Positions 12,480-26,524 of a stretch of DNA of 64,000 bases are shown piece after piece; the stretch's first letter is position 1; the number at the start of each line of letters is the position of its first letter. A program made the position numbers and the translations under genes. This DNA comes from the human T2T-CHM13v2.0 reference genome, Homo sapiens: NCBI RefSeq assembly GCF_009914755.1, contig NC_060947.1. One strand, given 5' to 3'. Below the pieces are notes generated by a model. It was not told the origin of the DNA and did no database searches. It worked only from the letters and a program-made list of their open reading frames with translations.

Positions 12480-15400
12480 TCCTAACAATAGCGTGTTAAA
12501 CATTGATATAACTGAAAGAAGAAACAGATAAATCCACAATTATAGTTGAAGTCTTCAACAATCCTCTCTCAATAACTGATAAAACAGGCAGACAAAATCA
12601 GTAAGTATATACATTATTTGAACAGCACTATCAAATAACTTAACCAAATAGACGTTTACAGAACACTCCATCCAACAAGAGCAGAATACACATTTTTCTT
12701 AAGTGCACAGGGAATATTCACTAAAATAGGCCACATTCTGAGACATACAACAAATCTTAATAAATTAAAAAGAATAGAAATTATACAAATAACATTTTTA
12801 GACCAACCATAACAAAATTAAGCTAGAAATCAATAACAGAAAGCTATCTGGAAAATCACCAAATATTAATAAATTAAATAATACCCTTCTATGTAATCCA
12901 TGGGTCAAAAGAAGAAGTCTAAAGGGAAATATTAAAATACTTTAAACTGAAATAAAAATAAAAACACAACATATAAAGATTTGTGGTGCTACAACAGGGA
13001 TGAATCTTAAAAATATTGTACTAAGTAAAATATGCCAGCATGAAAGGACAAATATTATATAATTCCACTTGTGTGAGGTACCTGGTATAGGCAAATTTAC
13101 AGATACAGAAATTAGAACAGAGGTCAGCACATCTAAGGGTAGGAAGAAATGAGGAGTTTAATGGGGATAAGTTTCTGTCTGGGATGATGAAAAAGTTCTG
13201 GAAATGAGTGGTAATGGCTGTACAACATTGTGAATGTACTTAATGCCACTAAATTGCACACTTAAAAGTGGATAAAATGGTAAATTTTATGTTATGTACA
13301 TTGTACCACAATTTTAAATGTATTAAAAAATTAGTGGGACCCTGATAAAATAGTCCTTAGAGGGAAATTTATAGCATAACATCAAATACAAATATTAGAA
13401 ATGAAGAAATATCTAAAATCAATAGCTTAAGCTTATAATTTAGGAAACTAGGAAAAGAAGAGTAAATTAAATAAAGCAACCTGAAGGAAAGAAGTAATTA
13501 AAAAATAGAGAAAATCAATAAAGTTAAACCTGGCTCTTTTGAAAAGATGAATAAAATTGGTAAATCTTTAGACAGCCTAACCAAGAAAGTAAAAAAGAAA
13601 AGACACAAATTATCAATATCAGGAATAAGAGAGGGAGTTCACAGCCAATCACACAAACATTAAAAGCTTAATAAGGGAATACTATGAACATCACTATGAC
13701 CATAAATTCAATAACTTAGATAAATTGGGTCATTTTCTTGAAAAACACAAACTACCAAATATCACTCAAGTTGAAAGAGATAACCTGAATAGCTCAATAT
13801 CTATTGAAAAAAATGCAATTGATAGTTTAAAACCTTCCCAGAAAAAGAACTACTGGCCCACGTGGTTTCACTGATGAATTCTACCAAGCAGTCAAGAGAG
13901 AAACAATATCAATACTACATAATCTCTCACGGAAAATAGAAGGAAGAAACACTTCCCAACTCATTCAATGAGGTTAGCATTATCCTAATAACAAAGCCAG
14001 ACAATGATATTACAAGAAAAAAGACCACTACAGATGACTATGTCTCATGATTATAGATGCAAAATTTTTAAACAAAATATTAGCAATTTAAGTGCAACCA
14101 TGAAGATAAAAAGGACTATATATCGAGACAAGGTGTGGTTTATCTCGGGAATACAAAGCTGCTCCAACATTCAAAAATCTATATTAACATTTTTGAAAAC
14201 ATATTAAGAGACTAAATAAGAAAAACCATATGATTACATCAACAGATGCAGAAAAGGCTTTCAACAAAATTTAACATCCATTTATGATTTTAAAAAATTT
14301 CAACAAACTAGGCATACATGGCAACATTCTTAACCAAATAAAGGTTATCTGCAAAAACCCATAACTAACATCATAATTTGTCACAGCCTGATGGCTTCTT
14401 GTTGCTCACTGCCCTGAAAAAAAATCAATGAGAACAGCAGGTGTTGCAGCTAAGAAAGAGTTTAATCACAGGGCTGGCCAAGCAAAGAGAACAGGGAGAA
14501 ATTTTTCAAATCTGTCTTTCTGAGAATTCAGAGGGCAGGATTTTTTTAAGGGTACTTTGGCAGGCAGGGGGCTGAGGAACTGGAACAATTGATTAGCTGG
14601 GGATGAAATCACAAGGGGCATCTAAAACTGGCTTCGTGCAGCTGAGTCAGTTCCCAGGAGGCGGGTGCTTCTCAAAATCTGATTGGCATCTCTCGGTGTA
14701 CCAAAATGCTAAATCTGAAAAATATCTCAAAGACCAGTTCTTTAGGTTTCACAATAGTGATGTCATCTATAGGAGTAGTTAGTGAAGTTAGAAATCTTGT
14801 GACCCCTAGTAACGTGACTCTGGGGCAGTAAGCAACTTATAGGAAAACATGCTAAGCAATGGCAGGTGATTGTTTAACTCTGCCCATTCTTTAGCAAAGT
14901 TCAAGCCCCTACCATAATTTTAAACTTGCCTTATGAATGTGGCATCAATCTTTAAATAAGGAGGGGGTCAGTTTCCTTTGTCTCAAAGTTTAACTGTAAA
15001 CTAAATTCCTCTCATAGTTATCTTGGCCTCTGTGCTAGTATAAGAAAAAAAAATTAGCTTGTGACATTAGAAACAAGATGGAGTGGAGTCAGTCATGTTA
15101 GATTTCTCTCATTACTTATAATTCTGCAAAGGTGGTTTTAAGAATTAATGGTGAGAGACTGAATGCTTTCCCCCAAGATCAGGAACAAGACAAGGGTGTC
15201 TTCTCTCACCACTCCTATTGAAAATTGTATTGGAATTACTAGTTAATGCAATAAGGCAAGGGTAAGAAATAAAAGGCATACAGACTAGGAAAGAAGAAAT
15301 AAAATTGTCTTTAGTCCCAGATGACATGATTATATGTGTTAAAAATCCGCAAAAATCTACAAAAACAACTATCATAAAAATGCTTCGATAAGCAATTATG

Positions 15401-15890
15401 AATATTCTTGAAAGAAATTAAAAAATAGAAAATCTCAGCAAATAAATATAAAATATAAAGAAAAAACTAAAGGAAATTTTAGAACTGAAAAATATATTGA
15501 CCAAAATTAAAAACTCATTGGAAGGGCTCAATAGTAAAATAGAAGTGACAGAGGAAATTATCAGTGAATGTTAATATAGATCAAAACAAAGAATCCAATC
15601 TGAACAACAGAGAGAAAATAGATTGGACAGAGAAAGAGAGAGAGAGACCTGTGGGAAAATAACAAAAGATCTAACACTCACATCATCAGAATTCCAAAAG
15701 AAGAAAAGAAACTGTGGGGTTGAAAAAATATTCAGAGAAATAATGGCTAAATTTTTCCCAAATTTGCTTTTAAAAATACCCATAAACCTACAGATTCAAA
15801 AAGCTGAGCAAAACCCAAATAGTATAAACTCATATTCATACCCAAATATATTTAAATCAAATTTCTAAAAACTAAAGACAGAAAACGTCT
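12480..15890 (+). mobile_element. Old L1M fragments: ORF2, an inserted L1 3'UTR piece at about 12990-13330, and an ORF1-like piece at about 15375-15890
   Basis: A-rich L1 ORF2 motifs (gatgcagaaaaggctttcaacaaaat; aggaacaagacaagggtg); L1 3'UTR motifs (aaaagttctggaaatg, gtacttaatgccactaaattg). Confidence 0.85.
14379..15140 (-). mobile_element. LTR8/LTR26-like ERV1 solo LTR inside L1
   Basis: Reverse strand begins taaaaccacctttgcagaattataa (LTR8-type start); similar to the copies at 37, 43 and 53 kb. Confidence 0.75.
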
Positions 15891-16197
15891 GCTTTAAATT
15901 GTGCTTTAAATTGGAAACTCAGAGATATCTGCTTAACTACTTCCTTCTGAAAAATGGAAGGCAGTAACTAGAAACAAGGATGGAAGATCTGTGTTCATTC
16001 TTATTTGGTACAAAATAGGATAATGATTCATGTTTTTCTTCAATATCAAAACAGCATTTAAACCAAATGTATTTATTTATTTATATCCAGCCTTACTCAA
16101 AGAAATGAGACCAGTCACAAAAACAAATATACTTAAATATTTAACCCAGCTATTTGGTTTTATTAAATCTGGAAAGATCTCAAACATTATTTAGCTT

Positions 16198-16697
16198 GCA
16201 TGGTTGGCAGAATAGTGCCCCCCTCCCCCCCGCCCAAAGACATTGGCTTCCTAATCCCCACAATCTACAAATACATTATGTTATATGGCAAAGGGACTTA
16301 AGGTTGCTAATCAACCTTAATAGGGTTGATTATCATAGCTTATCTGGGTGAGCCCAGTGTAATCACAAGAGTCCTTAAAAATGGATGAGGGAAGCAGAAC
16401 AAGAGGTCAGAGTGATGCGAATAGAGAAGGATTGAACCTGCTGCTCTTGGCTTTGAGGCTGGAGGAAGGGGACCATGAGCCAAAGAATGTGGGTGGCCCC
16501 TAGAAGCTGAAAAAAGCAAGAAAATTAATTCTCCCCAGAGCCTCCGGAAAGAATGCAGCCCTACTAACACCTTGATCTTAGTTCACTGAGACCACATTGG
16601 ACTTCTGACCTCCAGACCTATAAGATAATAAATTTGCATTGCTTTAAGCCACTAAGTTTTTGGTAATTTGTTACAGCCACCATAGAAAATTAATACA
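16198..16697 (+). mobile_element. MLT1D-like LTR
   Basis: gccaaagaatgtgggtggcccctagaagctg...gccactaagtttttggtaatttgttacagcc. Confidence 0.85.
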
Positions 16698-17399
16698 ACT
16701 AAGGAAATGTTTCTCCAAGCTCACATTTGAAGTTAATAGAAATTTAAATCAGCCTTACAAATAATTGTTTTCCCTTTATGATCAAATATTATTGGTATCT
16801 TACTTCGTTTTCTTGCGACAACATGGATACACATTCATTTGCAAACATAATTTGGACCCATTTTTTTTTCCCCACAGCTTAAACTTTTAGGAAGGCAAAA
16901 CCTTTAGGAAGCATTCTTCTACAATTAGCCAACATCAGATTTGAATGGCATTCTTAAAGACCATCTAATTTTATAAACAGAAATTTAAATTGTAGAAAAC
17001 ATTAAGAAAATAAAATTGTTATAGATGAATATCATATTGCTGTTGGGAATACCGTTAGACATTCTGAATTAGAATACTGATGGAAATTGCATGACTTTTT
17101 GTTTGATTGACTAATGCTAGATTTTACCTCTGGAAAACATTTCCAAAAACATTTGCAAATAAAAAGAGCAAAGGCATTAGCTGTTTACTAAATGGGCCTT
17201 TAGTCTGGTTTAGAGCTTAATGCCCTCCCACCCAACACAGCTGCAGACACACACACACAGAATTTTTTCCTACAGAAAAAGGCATAAATTTCTGAAGAGT
17301 TAAAATACATTTGGAGATACTACAGATACTCAAGAATCTGCTGTGATGGAAGTAAAATGGGAATTTGTGTAACTCAAAATAGCTGATATATCTATAATC

Positions 17400-18040
17400 C
17401 TTAATATTTGTTTGTGAAATATGCTATATACAATACTACATATAAAGTGTTCTTACCAAAAAAAAAAAAAAAAACCCTCAAACCCAAATCTAATCAAGCC
17501 TCTAGTTCAAATAACATTTTACAGGAAGTACACAGGACAAGAGAACATATTAAATGACAAATCAGTTGCAAGAAGAGAGAGAGATTATAGATTTAAAGAG
17601 ATCTAAAAGCCTATTAACCGAATTACAGTGTATGGACCTTATCTGGACCCTGATCCAAAAAAACAAATAATTTACGCTATGTATGAGAAAATTTTTAATT
17701 TGAACACTTAATGGATACTTGATGATGTTAAAGAATTTTTGTTACCTTTTTCTAAGTGTGATAATAGTATTGTGGCTGTATATTTTCTGAAATTCTTACC
17801 TTTTAGAGATACATGCTGAAATATTGGTAGATAAAATAATATGACATCTGAGATTTGCTTCCAAAAAATATGGGAGGTAAAAATAGAGATGGGGACATAA
17901 ATGAAACAAGATTGCCCATGAGTTGAAAGTTGTTGAAGCTGGGTAATGAGTCAGTGGGTTTTCATTATACTATTCTGTCTACGTTTTTCTATGTTTGAAA
18001 TTCTGTTTGAAATAATAAAGAGGTTTTTTTAAATAAATGC
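17400..18040 (+). mobile_element. Old L1 (MC/ME) 3' end
   Basis: tgtgataatagtattgtgg, ttttagagatacatgctgaaatatt, ttcattatactattctgtctac motifs. Confidence 0.7.
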
Positions 18041-18388
18041 TTTTAAAATTCTATATGATGTTTTACACATACAATTTTCATTCCTTATCACCATTCACTG
18101 GGGAAACATTGAAATAGAATCACTTTTCGCTAAAGTAGACAGTTGCTGTAAGTGCTGAGCGGTATAGGGCACAGAAGTGTGTTGGGAAAAGGCAAACTTT
18201 TTTCATTTTTGGTTTGCTTTGCATGTTTAATGAGAATAAAAATTCCACTTTGGGGGTAAACCATACCCAGCTTTTTTCACTCCCCTCCTAAAGGATGCTT
18301 AATATTTTCAGTTGTGCTTTGTATTTGGTAATTTAATCTCAGCAACAGATGGGGTTACCCACTACTGAGGAGTAAGAAAGAGTATTCT

Positions 18389-18727
18389 ACTATGCAGCTG
18401 TAAAAAAGGATGAACTCATGTCCTTTGCAGGAACATGGATGAAGCTGGAAACCATTATTCTCAGCAAACTAACACAAGAGCAGAAAACCAAACACCACAT
18501 GTTTTCTCTTGTAAGTGGGGGTTGAACAATGAAAACACATGGACACAGGGAGGGGAACATCACATACCGGGGCCTGTTGGGGGATGGGGGGCTAGGGGAA
18601 GGATAGCATTAGGAGAAATACCTAATGTAGACGATGGGTTGATGGGTGCCACAAACCACCATGGCATGTGTATACCTATGTAACAAACCTGCACATATAT
18701 CCCAGAACTTAAAGTATAATAAAAAAA
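18389..18727 (+). mobile_element. 5'-truncated L1PA 3' end
   Basis: L1PA 3'UTR with poly-A; 15-bp TSD aagaaagagtattct (18374-18388 and 18728-18742). Confidence 0.93.
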
Positions 18728-18809
18728 AAGAAAGAGTATTCTTCTCCTCCTATACATTCTATTAAGTACTCCTGTACACTAAGTGTTACCAATACTCCTG
18801 TACACTGAG

Positions 18810-19595
18810 TGCTGCCAAACACCAGGGGCTGGTCTAGGTCCTGCTGTTTGCCACACAAAAAAACAATCACTGAGAGAATGATAGGGAAGAAGGCTTTAAT
18901 CGGGTGCTACAGCCAAGGAGAACAGGAAATAAAGTCTCAAATTTCCAACCAACTAGAATTGGAGGTTTAAATAGCAAGAAAGGCAGGAAAACAGGAATTA
19001 GGGAGGGCTAAGGAAGCAGCCATGATGAATGAGGGGTCTGGCATCTCATTGTCTGGATGCAGTGATCTGGTGAGTTTCAGTTCCTTGCCTGAGGGTCGGT
19101 TTCCTGAGGAAGTCTATTAGTCCATTTTCACACTGATATAAAGATACTATCTGAGACTGGGTAATTTATAAAGGAAAGAGGTTTAATTGACTCACAGTTC
19201 CACATGGCTGGGAAGGTGGCATGAAACTTACAATTGGCAGAAGGCAAAGGGGAAGCAAGCACCTTCTTCATAATGTAGCAGGAGAGAGAGAGAGGGGAGA
19301 AATGCCAAATGCTTTTAAACCATCAGATCTCGTGAGAACTCCCTCATTATCACAAGAACAGCATGGGGGAATCTCCTCCCGTGATCCAATCACCTCCCAC
19401 AAGGTCCCTCCCTCAGCATGCAGGGATTACAATTCGAGATGAGACTTGGGTGGGGACACAGAGCCAACCCATATCAGGAAGGAACTCAGATGAGAGAGAT
19501 GTAAGTTCCAAGTTTTAAGACTGGGAAGGTCAACTTCTATGTTTATTCAAAAAACTTGTAAATGTCAGTTATATGGGACAATTGAACCGGTTTTG
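18810..19595 (-). mobile_element. MER31-like ERV1 LTR, interrupted by THE1/MST
   Basis: caccaggggctggtctaggtcctgctg terminus; 4-bp TSD tgag (18806-18809 and 19596-19599). Confidence 0.75.
19113..19476. mobile_element. THE1D/MSTA LTR
   Basis: MaLR signature; 5-bp TSD ggaag (19108-19112 and 19477-19481). Confidence 0.88.
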
Positions 19596-19992
19596 TGAGT
19601 ACACTCCTGTCCTTTCTATTGAGTACTCTTGTACACTGCTGAGGGATAGGAGTACTCTCCTGGAGTTTGGGTAAGGATAGGATGGCAGGACTGTGAAAAT
19701 GCTTCAGGTAAAACAACCTGAATGAAAATCCATAGCAAGAAGTTGGCAGAAAATTATTATTCACTGTTGAACACCAAATCCCAGGGCGGACCCATTTTGC
19801 TTGGTAGCTCCTCACTCTTTTCCACTTCATCCCATTTTTCCCTACTTCCTTGGGGCTAGGACTTCAAGGTCTGACGAGCAAAAGGAAGGGACTAGGCATA
19901 TTAAGAGTGCAGGGAAAGTGAGCCTTTCAGGGGAAATATGCCTAACTCTAATAATAAGAGAAGGAAGATGAGAGAAAAAGTTACTCCTGCCT

Positions 19993-20285
19993 GGCTGGGC
20001 GCGATGGCTCACGTCTGTAATCCCAGCACTTTGGGAGGCCGAGGTGGGTAGATCATAAAGTCAGCGTTCGAGACCAGCCTGGCCAACATGATGAAACCCC
20101 GTCTCTACTAAAAATACAAAAATTAGCCAGGCGTGGTGGTGGGCACCTGTAATCCCAGCTACTCAGGAGGCTGAGGCAAGAGAATCACTTGAACCTAAGA
20201 GGCGGAGGTTGTACGGAGCCGAGATCGTGCCACTGCCCTCCACCCTGGGTGACACAGTGAGACTCTGTCTCAAAAAAAAGAAAAA
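19993..20285 (+). mobile_element. AluS
   Basis: Alu dimer; TSD core actcctgcct. Confidence 0.95.
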
Positions 20286-20449
20286 CAAGTGACTCCTGCC
20301 TAAAGCCCAACATCCAGGAGTAGACTGATGATGTCTGTACCACATGGGCAAAGGGGAGCAAACTGGAGCTGAAACACTAGGTCCCCTGGAAAAAGGAAAC
20401 ATTTGGGAACTGAGGGGCTGGATGAAGGGCATTTCCTGACATCTGCTAG

Positions 20450-21290
20450 TGAAATGGGAAAAATTCCCTTGTCCCCCTCACAGGGCATGTGATGGGGGTG
20501 TGGCTCGCTTCTTCAGTGCCTTGCGGCTCAAACCTCTAGGAGGAGTATGCAGACCAGCAGGTTGTGGGGCTCCGACTCCACAACAGCGTCTGGGGTGAAT
20601 GTTTACAGCAGAAGCCCCAGTGGGTGTGTGCTGTAGGGTGCTCTTTCAGTTTAGCCGTCTGTAGGCAACTTGTGTTACACAGCTCAATTAGACCCCCTGC
20701 CTTATCGCAACGACAGAGGGCTTTCGGTATCCCAGGGTTTCTTGCCTTGGTGTACCGGAAGAATCAGATCACACTTGGGCTTGGAGAATGAGTGCAAGGT
20801 TTTATTGAATGGAAGTAGCTCTCAGAAGATGGGAGAGCCAGAAGGGAGATGGAATGGGAAGGTGTTTTTTTCCTGGAGTCGGACTGCTCAGCAGCTGGAC
20901 TCTCCTCCGACTGCCCAGGCCAAACTCCACATCGTTCTGCAGGTTGATGGCCTGCCGGCGTGCCCCAGCGTGCCGTTGTCTGCTGGTGCTTGTCAGTGTG
21001 CTCTTCCGCCAGTGTGTTCCTCTTGACATCCAGCCACCTGTGAGTTCCTCCACCAATGTGTTCCTCTCGACGTCCAGCGGCTTGTGTCTCTGCCTGCGAG
21101 GGTCTCAGAGTTTTTATAGGTACAGGATGGGGGCATGATGGGCCAGGGTGGTCTTGGGAAATGCAGCATTTGAGCAGGAAACCAGAAATGCCTGTCCTCA
21201 CCTAGGTCAGTTCGGCACAGGTCCGGGGGTGGAGCCCTAGCTAGGGACCATGCCCTTCCCGTACCAGCACTTCCCTATCCTCCCATATCA
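20450..21290 (-). mobile_element. LTR1-family ERV1 solo LTR
   Basis: TG...CA ends, perfect TSD ctag (20446-20449 and 21291-21294); GC-rich; minus-strand TATAAAA near 21112-21118. Confidence 0.8.
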
Positions 21291-21456
21291 CTAGCAAGGA
21301 TTAGTTTTGTTTTTCTCTTCTTTTCTCTTCCCCTCCCCAACCCTGACTTTTTTTTTTCCAGATAAAGAAGGGGACAAGAAAGGAAATATAGTGAGCCCCA
21401 GAGGAAAAAAGCCAAGATATCTCCCCTCCCCTTAGCTCCCTCCATGGCTCACACTT

Positions 21457-21632
21457 TAAAGCCATAGTTTTCAAAATCACCTGCAGAACATGTCAAAACT
21501 CGCTAGGCCCCCATCCCCAGGGCTTCTGATCCTGTGGGGCTGGAGTGGAGCCCAATAATTTGCATTTCTAACAAGTCCCTAGCTGCTGCTCCTGCTGCTC
21601 TAAGCCAAGCTTTAAAGAACAGCTACTCTAAA
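21457..21632. mobile_element. MER5A hAT DNA transposon
   Basis: gcccaataatttgcatttctaacaagtccc core. Confidence 0.75.
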
Positions 21633-21824
21633 AGGGAGCTGGTGAAAACCACACCAAAGGTCCCCAGCACCAGAACGCGAGACTGGGAGGTCTTGAGCTT
21701 GGGTGAGTGAACCAGCACCAAGTGAAGTAAAGGAGAATTTGGCTGGATTTCAGCTTTCCTATATCATCACAAAATAAATGTTTTAAATTGGTGGATTGGA
21801 TTTCTTTTTAGTTGAAGATGATAA

Positions 21825-22217
<393 letters not shown>

Positions 22218-22288
22218 TAAGGAAGTATTATTACCAGTTTTACAGAAGAAGAAATAGTTTAATTAACTGAGAAGAAGAAATAGTTTAA

Positions 22289-22597
<309 letters not shown>

Positions 22598-22729
22598 AAC
22601 TAATTGAGATATTAATTAAACTAATTTACTACATTTACTAACAACAAACTACTACAACAAATCTTACTATTACTAACCATGTGATAAGAATCCTTACAGA
22701 AGATAAGTAGAGAATATTGGGTTACCCAG

Positions 22730-23681
22730 TATAGGGAACTTTAATTTTTTTAACTTTAAGTTTAAACATTAAAGTTTAATTTTTCCCCTGAAGGCTTGAC
22801 AATTTGAGTCTGTGAAACAAATTGATAATAGATTAACAAGGGGAAAGGCATACAAATTTTATTAATGTGCATATGGGCACAGGAGTCATACAAAATATAA
22901 AAACTCAGCCAGGTGTGATGGCTCATGCCTGTAATCCCAGTGCTTTGGGAGGCCAAAGTGGGAGCATTGCTGGAGCCCAGGAGTTAAACCAGCCTGGGCA
23001 ACATAGCAAGACCCCCATCTCTACAAAAAAATTTAAAATTAGCTAGGTGTGGTGGCAGGCGCTTGTAGTCCCAGCTATTCTGGATGCTGAGGTGGGAGGA
23101 TCGCTCAAGGCCAGGAGTTCGAGGCTTCATTGAGCTATGATCTCACCACTGCACTCCAGTCTGGGCAACACAGCGAGACCCTGTCTCAAAACAAACAAAC
23201 AACAAAAAAAACCCTCAAAGAAATGGCCAGATGGTTGACACTTTTATACCGTCTTGAGGTTACAGAAAGAACAGGGGCTTGGAAGGTGGGAAAACATGTT
23301 ATGGTGGCAAGACAGGTTACAGGAGGGAGAGAAGAGGATAGGCTTGGCTAACAAAGGCGGTCTTTTTTTTCCAGCATCCATTAACTAAAGCTCAGAGCAA
23401 AGGCAGTCTTGATATGCAGATAAAACCTCAGAGGTAGCAACCCTCAGGAAGAATAGATGGGTGTCAGGCTCAGTTAATCTTTCCTGGACCCAAACAAGGG
23501 GGGCTTCAGAGAAAGCCTGTTTGCATCTGTTGTTTACCTCACTTTATTTCCTCTACAGATGTAAATCTCCCCAACAAAAGACAGCTTTGCAGGGCTACTT
23601 GTGTTCGCAGGTCCTCTGAACAGTCATCTCAAAGTACGTCAAAGAAGTATATTTTGGGGTGAAATATTTTTGTTTCCTTCA
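22730..23681 (-). mobile_element. ERV1 (MER4-group) LTR containing an AluJ (22907-23212, +)
   Basis: End gaagtatattttggggtgaaatattttt...ccttca is similar to the 5xx region of the MER4 copy; TSD ccag/ctag. Confidence 0.7.
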
Positions 23682-24840
23682 CTAGCATAGTGAGCTATTT
23701 CCAGTGTGTTCTGTGGGGCTGGGTTCAAGTAAACTTTCTACAACAGAACCAAGTTTTCTACAACAGAACCAAGACCAGGATCACTGATGTGGCACCGGAT
23801 GTCTTGCAGTTTGCATAACAAAGAGCCATAACCAGAGAAAGGTCAGTCTTCTGGGACATTGCAGAGAAGCTCTTGGGTACAGAGGCCGATGGCACCACTA
23901 ACCAAGAATTGAATGCCTTCTCTGATTTCTATCTGGTGCAAATCTCATGAGGACACAAGGAAAAGAGGGTCTTTCCTTAGTAGCATGTTGTTTGCTGAAA
24001 AAGATACACAATCCAAAGAATTCCATCCATCAGTGGCCTTTAGCTAAATCAATCCCAATAAAATACCACGTGGCCTGTGCTGTGACAAACATGTGCATGA
24101 ATTACAACTTTACCATGATCCTAAGGAGAAAAAGCAAAAGTCAGCCATTCAAACTGTGATCTTCATTTTCCTGGTTATTCATTGGCATGAATCAACTTAG
24201 AACTCAATCCTTAACAGATTAAAAGGTTACATTTGTTTCCCAACCAGCTAGTTTCTACATGCTCTATCAGAGCTGTTGAGTTTTTGTTCGGTTTGGTTTG
24301 GTTTGGTTTCGTTATTGCTTTGATTTAAGTCATGCAATAACCATGCTCAGCCTAAGAGAAGGATGTGAGGAAATGCAAACCTTTCTAGACTGGGAAAGCA
24401 CTGCCATAAAGAACATGAGAGGGGGAAAAAAAGAAAGAAATCAAAGCCTAGCATTTGCCCAAGCGAAGGAAATACAGCAGGTTGAAAGTGCTCTTAGTGT
24501 GTGCATATGGGCAATGTTTTGTAACTCTGATGAAGACACGGTTGTTTTGCATTTTTCAGCCACAACAACCTGCTTTGACTTCATAGGGTTTTGTGAATCA
24601 TTAGTGAAGCTGATGTTCCTCAGAGCCTGGCATATTTCCTCCCAACTCCAACCAGCATCTGCTTCTCAGGCTGAGGCTGGAGTCTAGGCATCTGCACACA
24701 GGCTGCAGTGCCCAACCTGGGAACAGTGCTGGGGGCTGCTTTCCTCCAGCTTCACTGCCTCTCTTCCAAGAAGTAATGCTGTCTCCAGTTCTTATTCACT
24801 GTGATGTTCCTCTGTTTCTCAAAAGAAACTCTCTAACTAG

Positions 24841-24882
24841 ATTAGGTGGAACCATCAGCCATTTCACATGGTTCAACCTAAT
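24841..24882. mobile_element. Internally deleted MADE2 mariner MITE
   Basis: Inverted repeats attaggtggaaccat / atggttcaacctaat. Confidence 0.7.
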
Positions 24883-26030
24883 AAAATGAAACAATCTGAC
24901 ACCGGTTTTATAAAGGATGGGCTTTTGAGAGGAGACAGCTGGAAATAGGGGGGTAGATATTTAAATAAGAGGACTTTAGGGGATTTGGGGTTGGGAAGAA
25001 AGGCTTCACATCACTAATTACACTAGCCTAGAGCAATTTTGTCTTAAAGACAGAGGAAGTTTCCTGACTCAGCCATTTCACAGTTGCAGTTGCCCCTGTC
25101 CAAAAAGTAACTGCGACACCAAGGGTAAAATTCCTTTTAGTTTTTCTTTCTGTGGGTGGAGTGAGCAGCAGCAACCAACCGCTAGAAAAATTCTTGAGCT
25201 GTCACATGCATTTTGGTCTCTGGCTTCTAGGAAGAAATGCAGTGAAGGCCCTGATGCTGTGTGCCTGCTGAGCCTGGAAATCAGTCTATAAAATGGTCAC
25301 AGCCACAAGGAAAGAGTTACATCTTCCTGAAGCCTCTTCCACATCATCCCGTGATAGTAGGACAAGTGTGGGGTTAAGGAGAATAGATAAAGGCAGCATA
25401 ATGTCAGGGCTTTGACACCCAATCCACAATGATTAGACTGGTGTGAGTGTTCGCCCCTGCACTCCTCCACGTGTCTAGTTTAGGCCTGCCTGGCTGAGAC
25501 TCAATTCTTCTAACTAACACTTTTTTCAAAAAGCTAGAAATTATAAAAGAAAACGCTCCAGGATAGTTCCAGGCTTCTAGCTTTAACATTTAAAAAGAAA
25601 GAAAGAAAAAACTGCAGTCTCAAAAATACATTGCTGCTCCACCACCAAGAAGTAAGTTTAAATAGCAGAAGATTCCACCCCGAGGATGCACATACCTCTT
25701 GCAAGAAGCCCGTTTGTGACCCGAGCAGCACACTTTCAGGAAGTTGCTCTAGCAATTCTGGGAGGGGGAAGAAGGGGAGAGGCTCAAGCCCTAACCCCAT
25801 TACCACCCAAAGCCTCTGGATAAAATGACCAAGCCATGGACTGACATGTGAGAAATGGTGCTGCTTCATAGCCTTAGAGCCACAAAATCATTGTGTCCTC
25901 AATATCAGAGCAGGCCCAGCAAACCCCATAGTCTCCCCTGCATCCCCAGGCTTTTTTATATTGGAGACTTGAGTTAACTTGGCAACCTTTTCTGAGGTTG
26001 ACTTTTTTCAAATTATTATCGTTATTATTA

Positions 26031-26168
26031 TTATTATTTTTTTTTTTTTTAGTAGAGACGGGGTTTCACCGCGTTAGCCAGGATGGTCTCAATCTCCTGA
26101 CCTTGTGATCCGCCCGCCTTGGCCTCCCAAAGTGCTGGGATTACAGGCATGAGCCACTGCACCCAGCC
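26031..26168 (-). mobile_element. AluY-like left monomer only
   Basis: ttagccaggatggtctc diagnostics; flanked by a 17-bp TSD. Confidence 0.85.
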
Positions 26169-26466
26169 TATTATTGTTATTATTAAGAGACAGGGTCTCA
26201 CTCTGCTGCCCAGGCTGGAGGCAGTGGCGCAATTATAGCTCACTGCAGCCTCCATTCAAGTGAGTTCAAGTGATCCTCCCACCTCAGCCACCCGAGTAGC
26301 TGGGACTACAAGCAGGCGTCACCACGTCTGGCTAATTTTTTAATCTTTGTAGAGACAGGGTCTCCACTTGTTGCACAGGATGGTCTCAAACTCCTGATTC
26401 AAGCGATCTTCCCACTTTGGCCTCTCAAAAGACTGGGAGTACAGGCCTGAGCCACTGTGCCCAGCC
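26169..26466 (-). mobile_element. AluJ
   Basis: Reverse Alu, J-type. Confidence 0.9.
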
Positions 26467-26524
26467 TTTTCAATTTATTATTCTCTTAGCAAACATAGTT
26501 TGGCAAATGTTTATTGAGAGGTTA

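Noticed and set aside
20564-21201. Cluster of overlapping ORFs in a GC-rich stretch
   Set aside because: All lie within the LTR1 solo LTR; high GC content lowers stop frequency.
24298-24687. 129-aa ORF in unique DNA
   Set aside because: Non-ATG start, no recognisable domain, and length within chance expectation.
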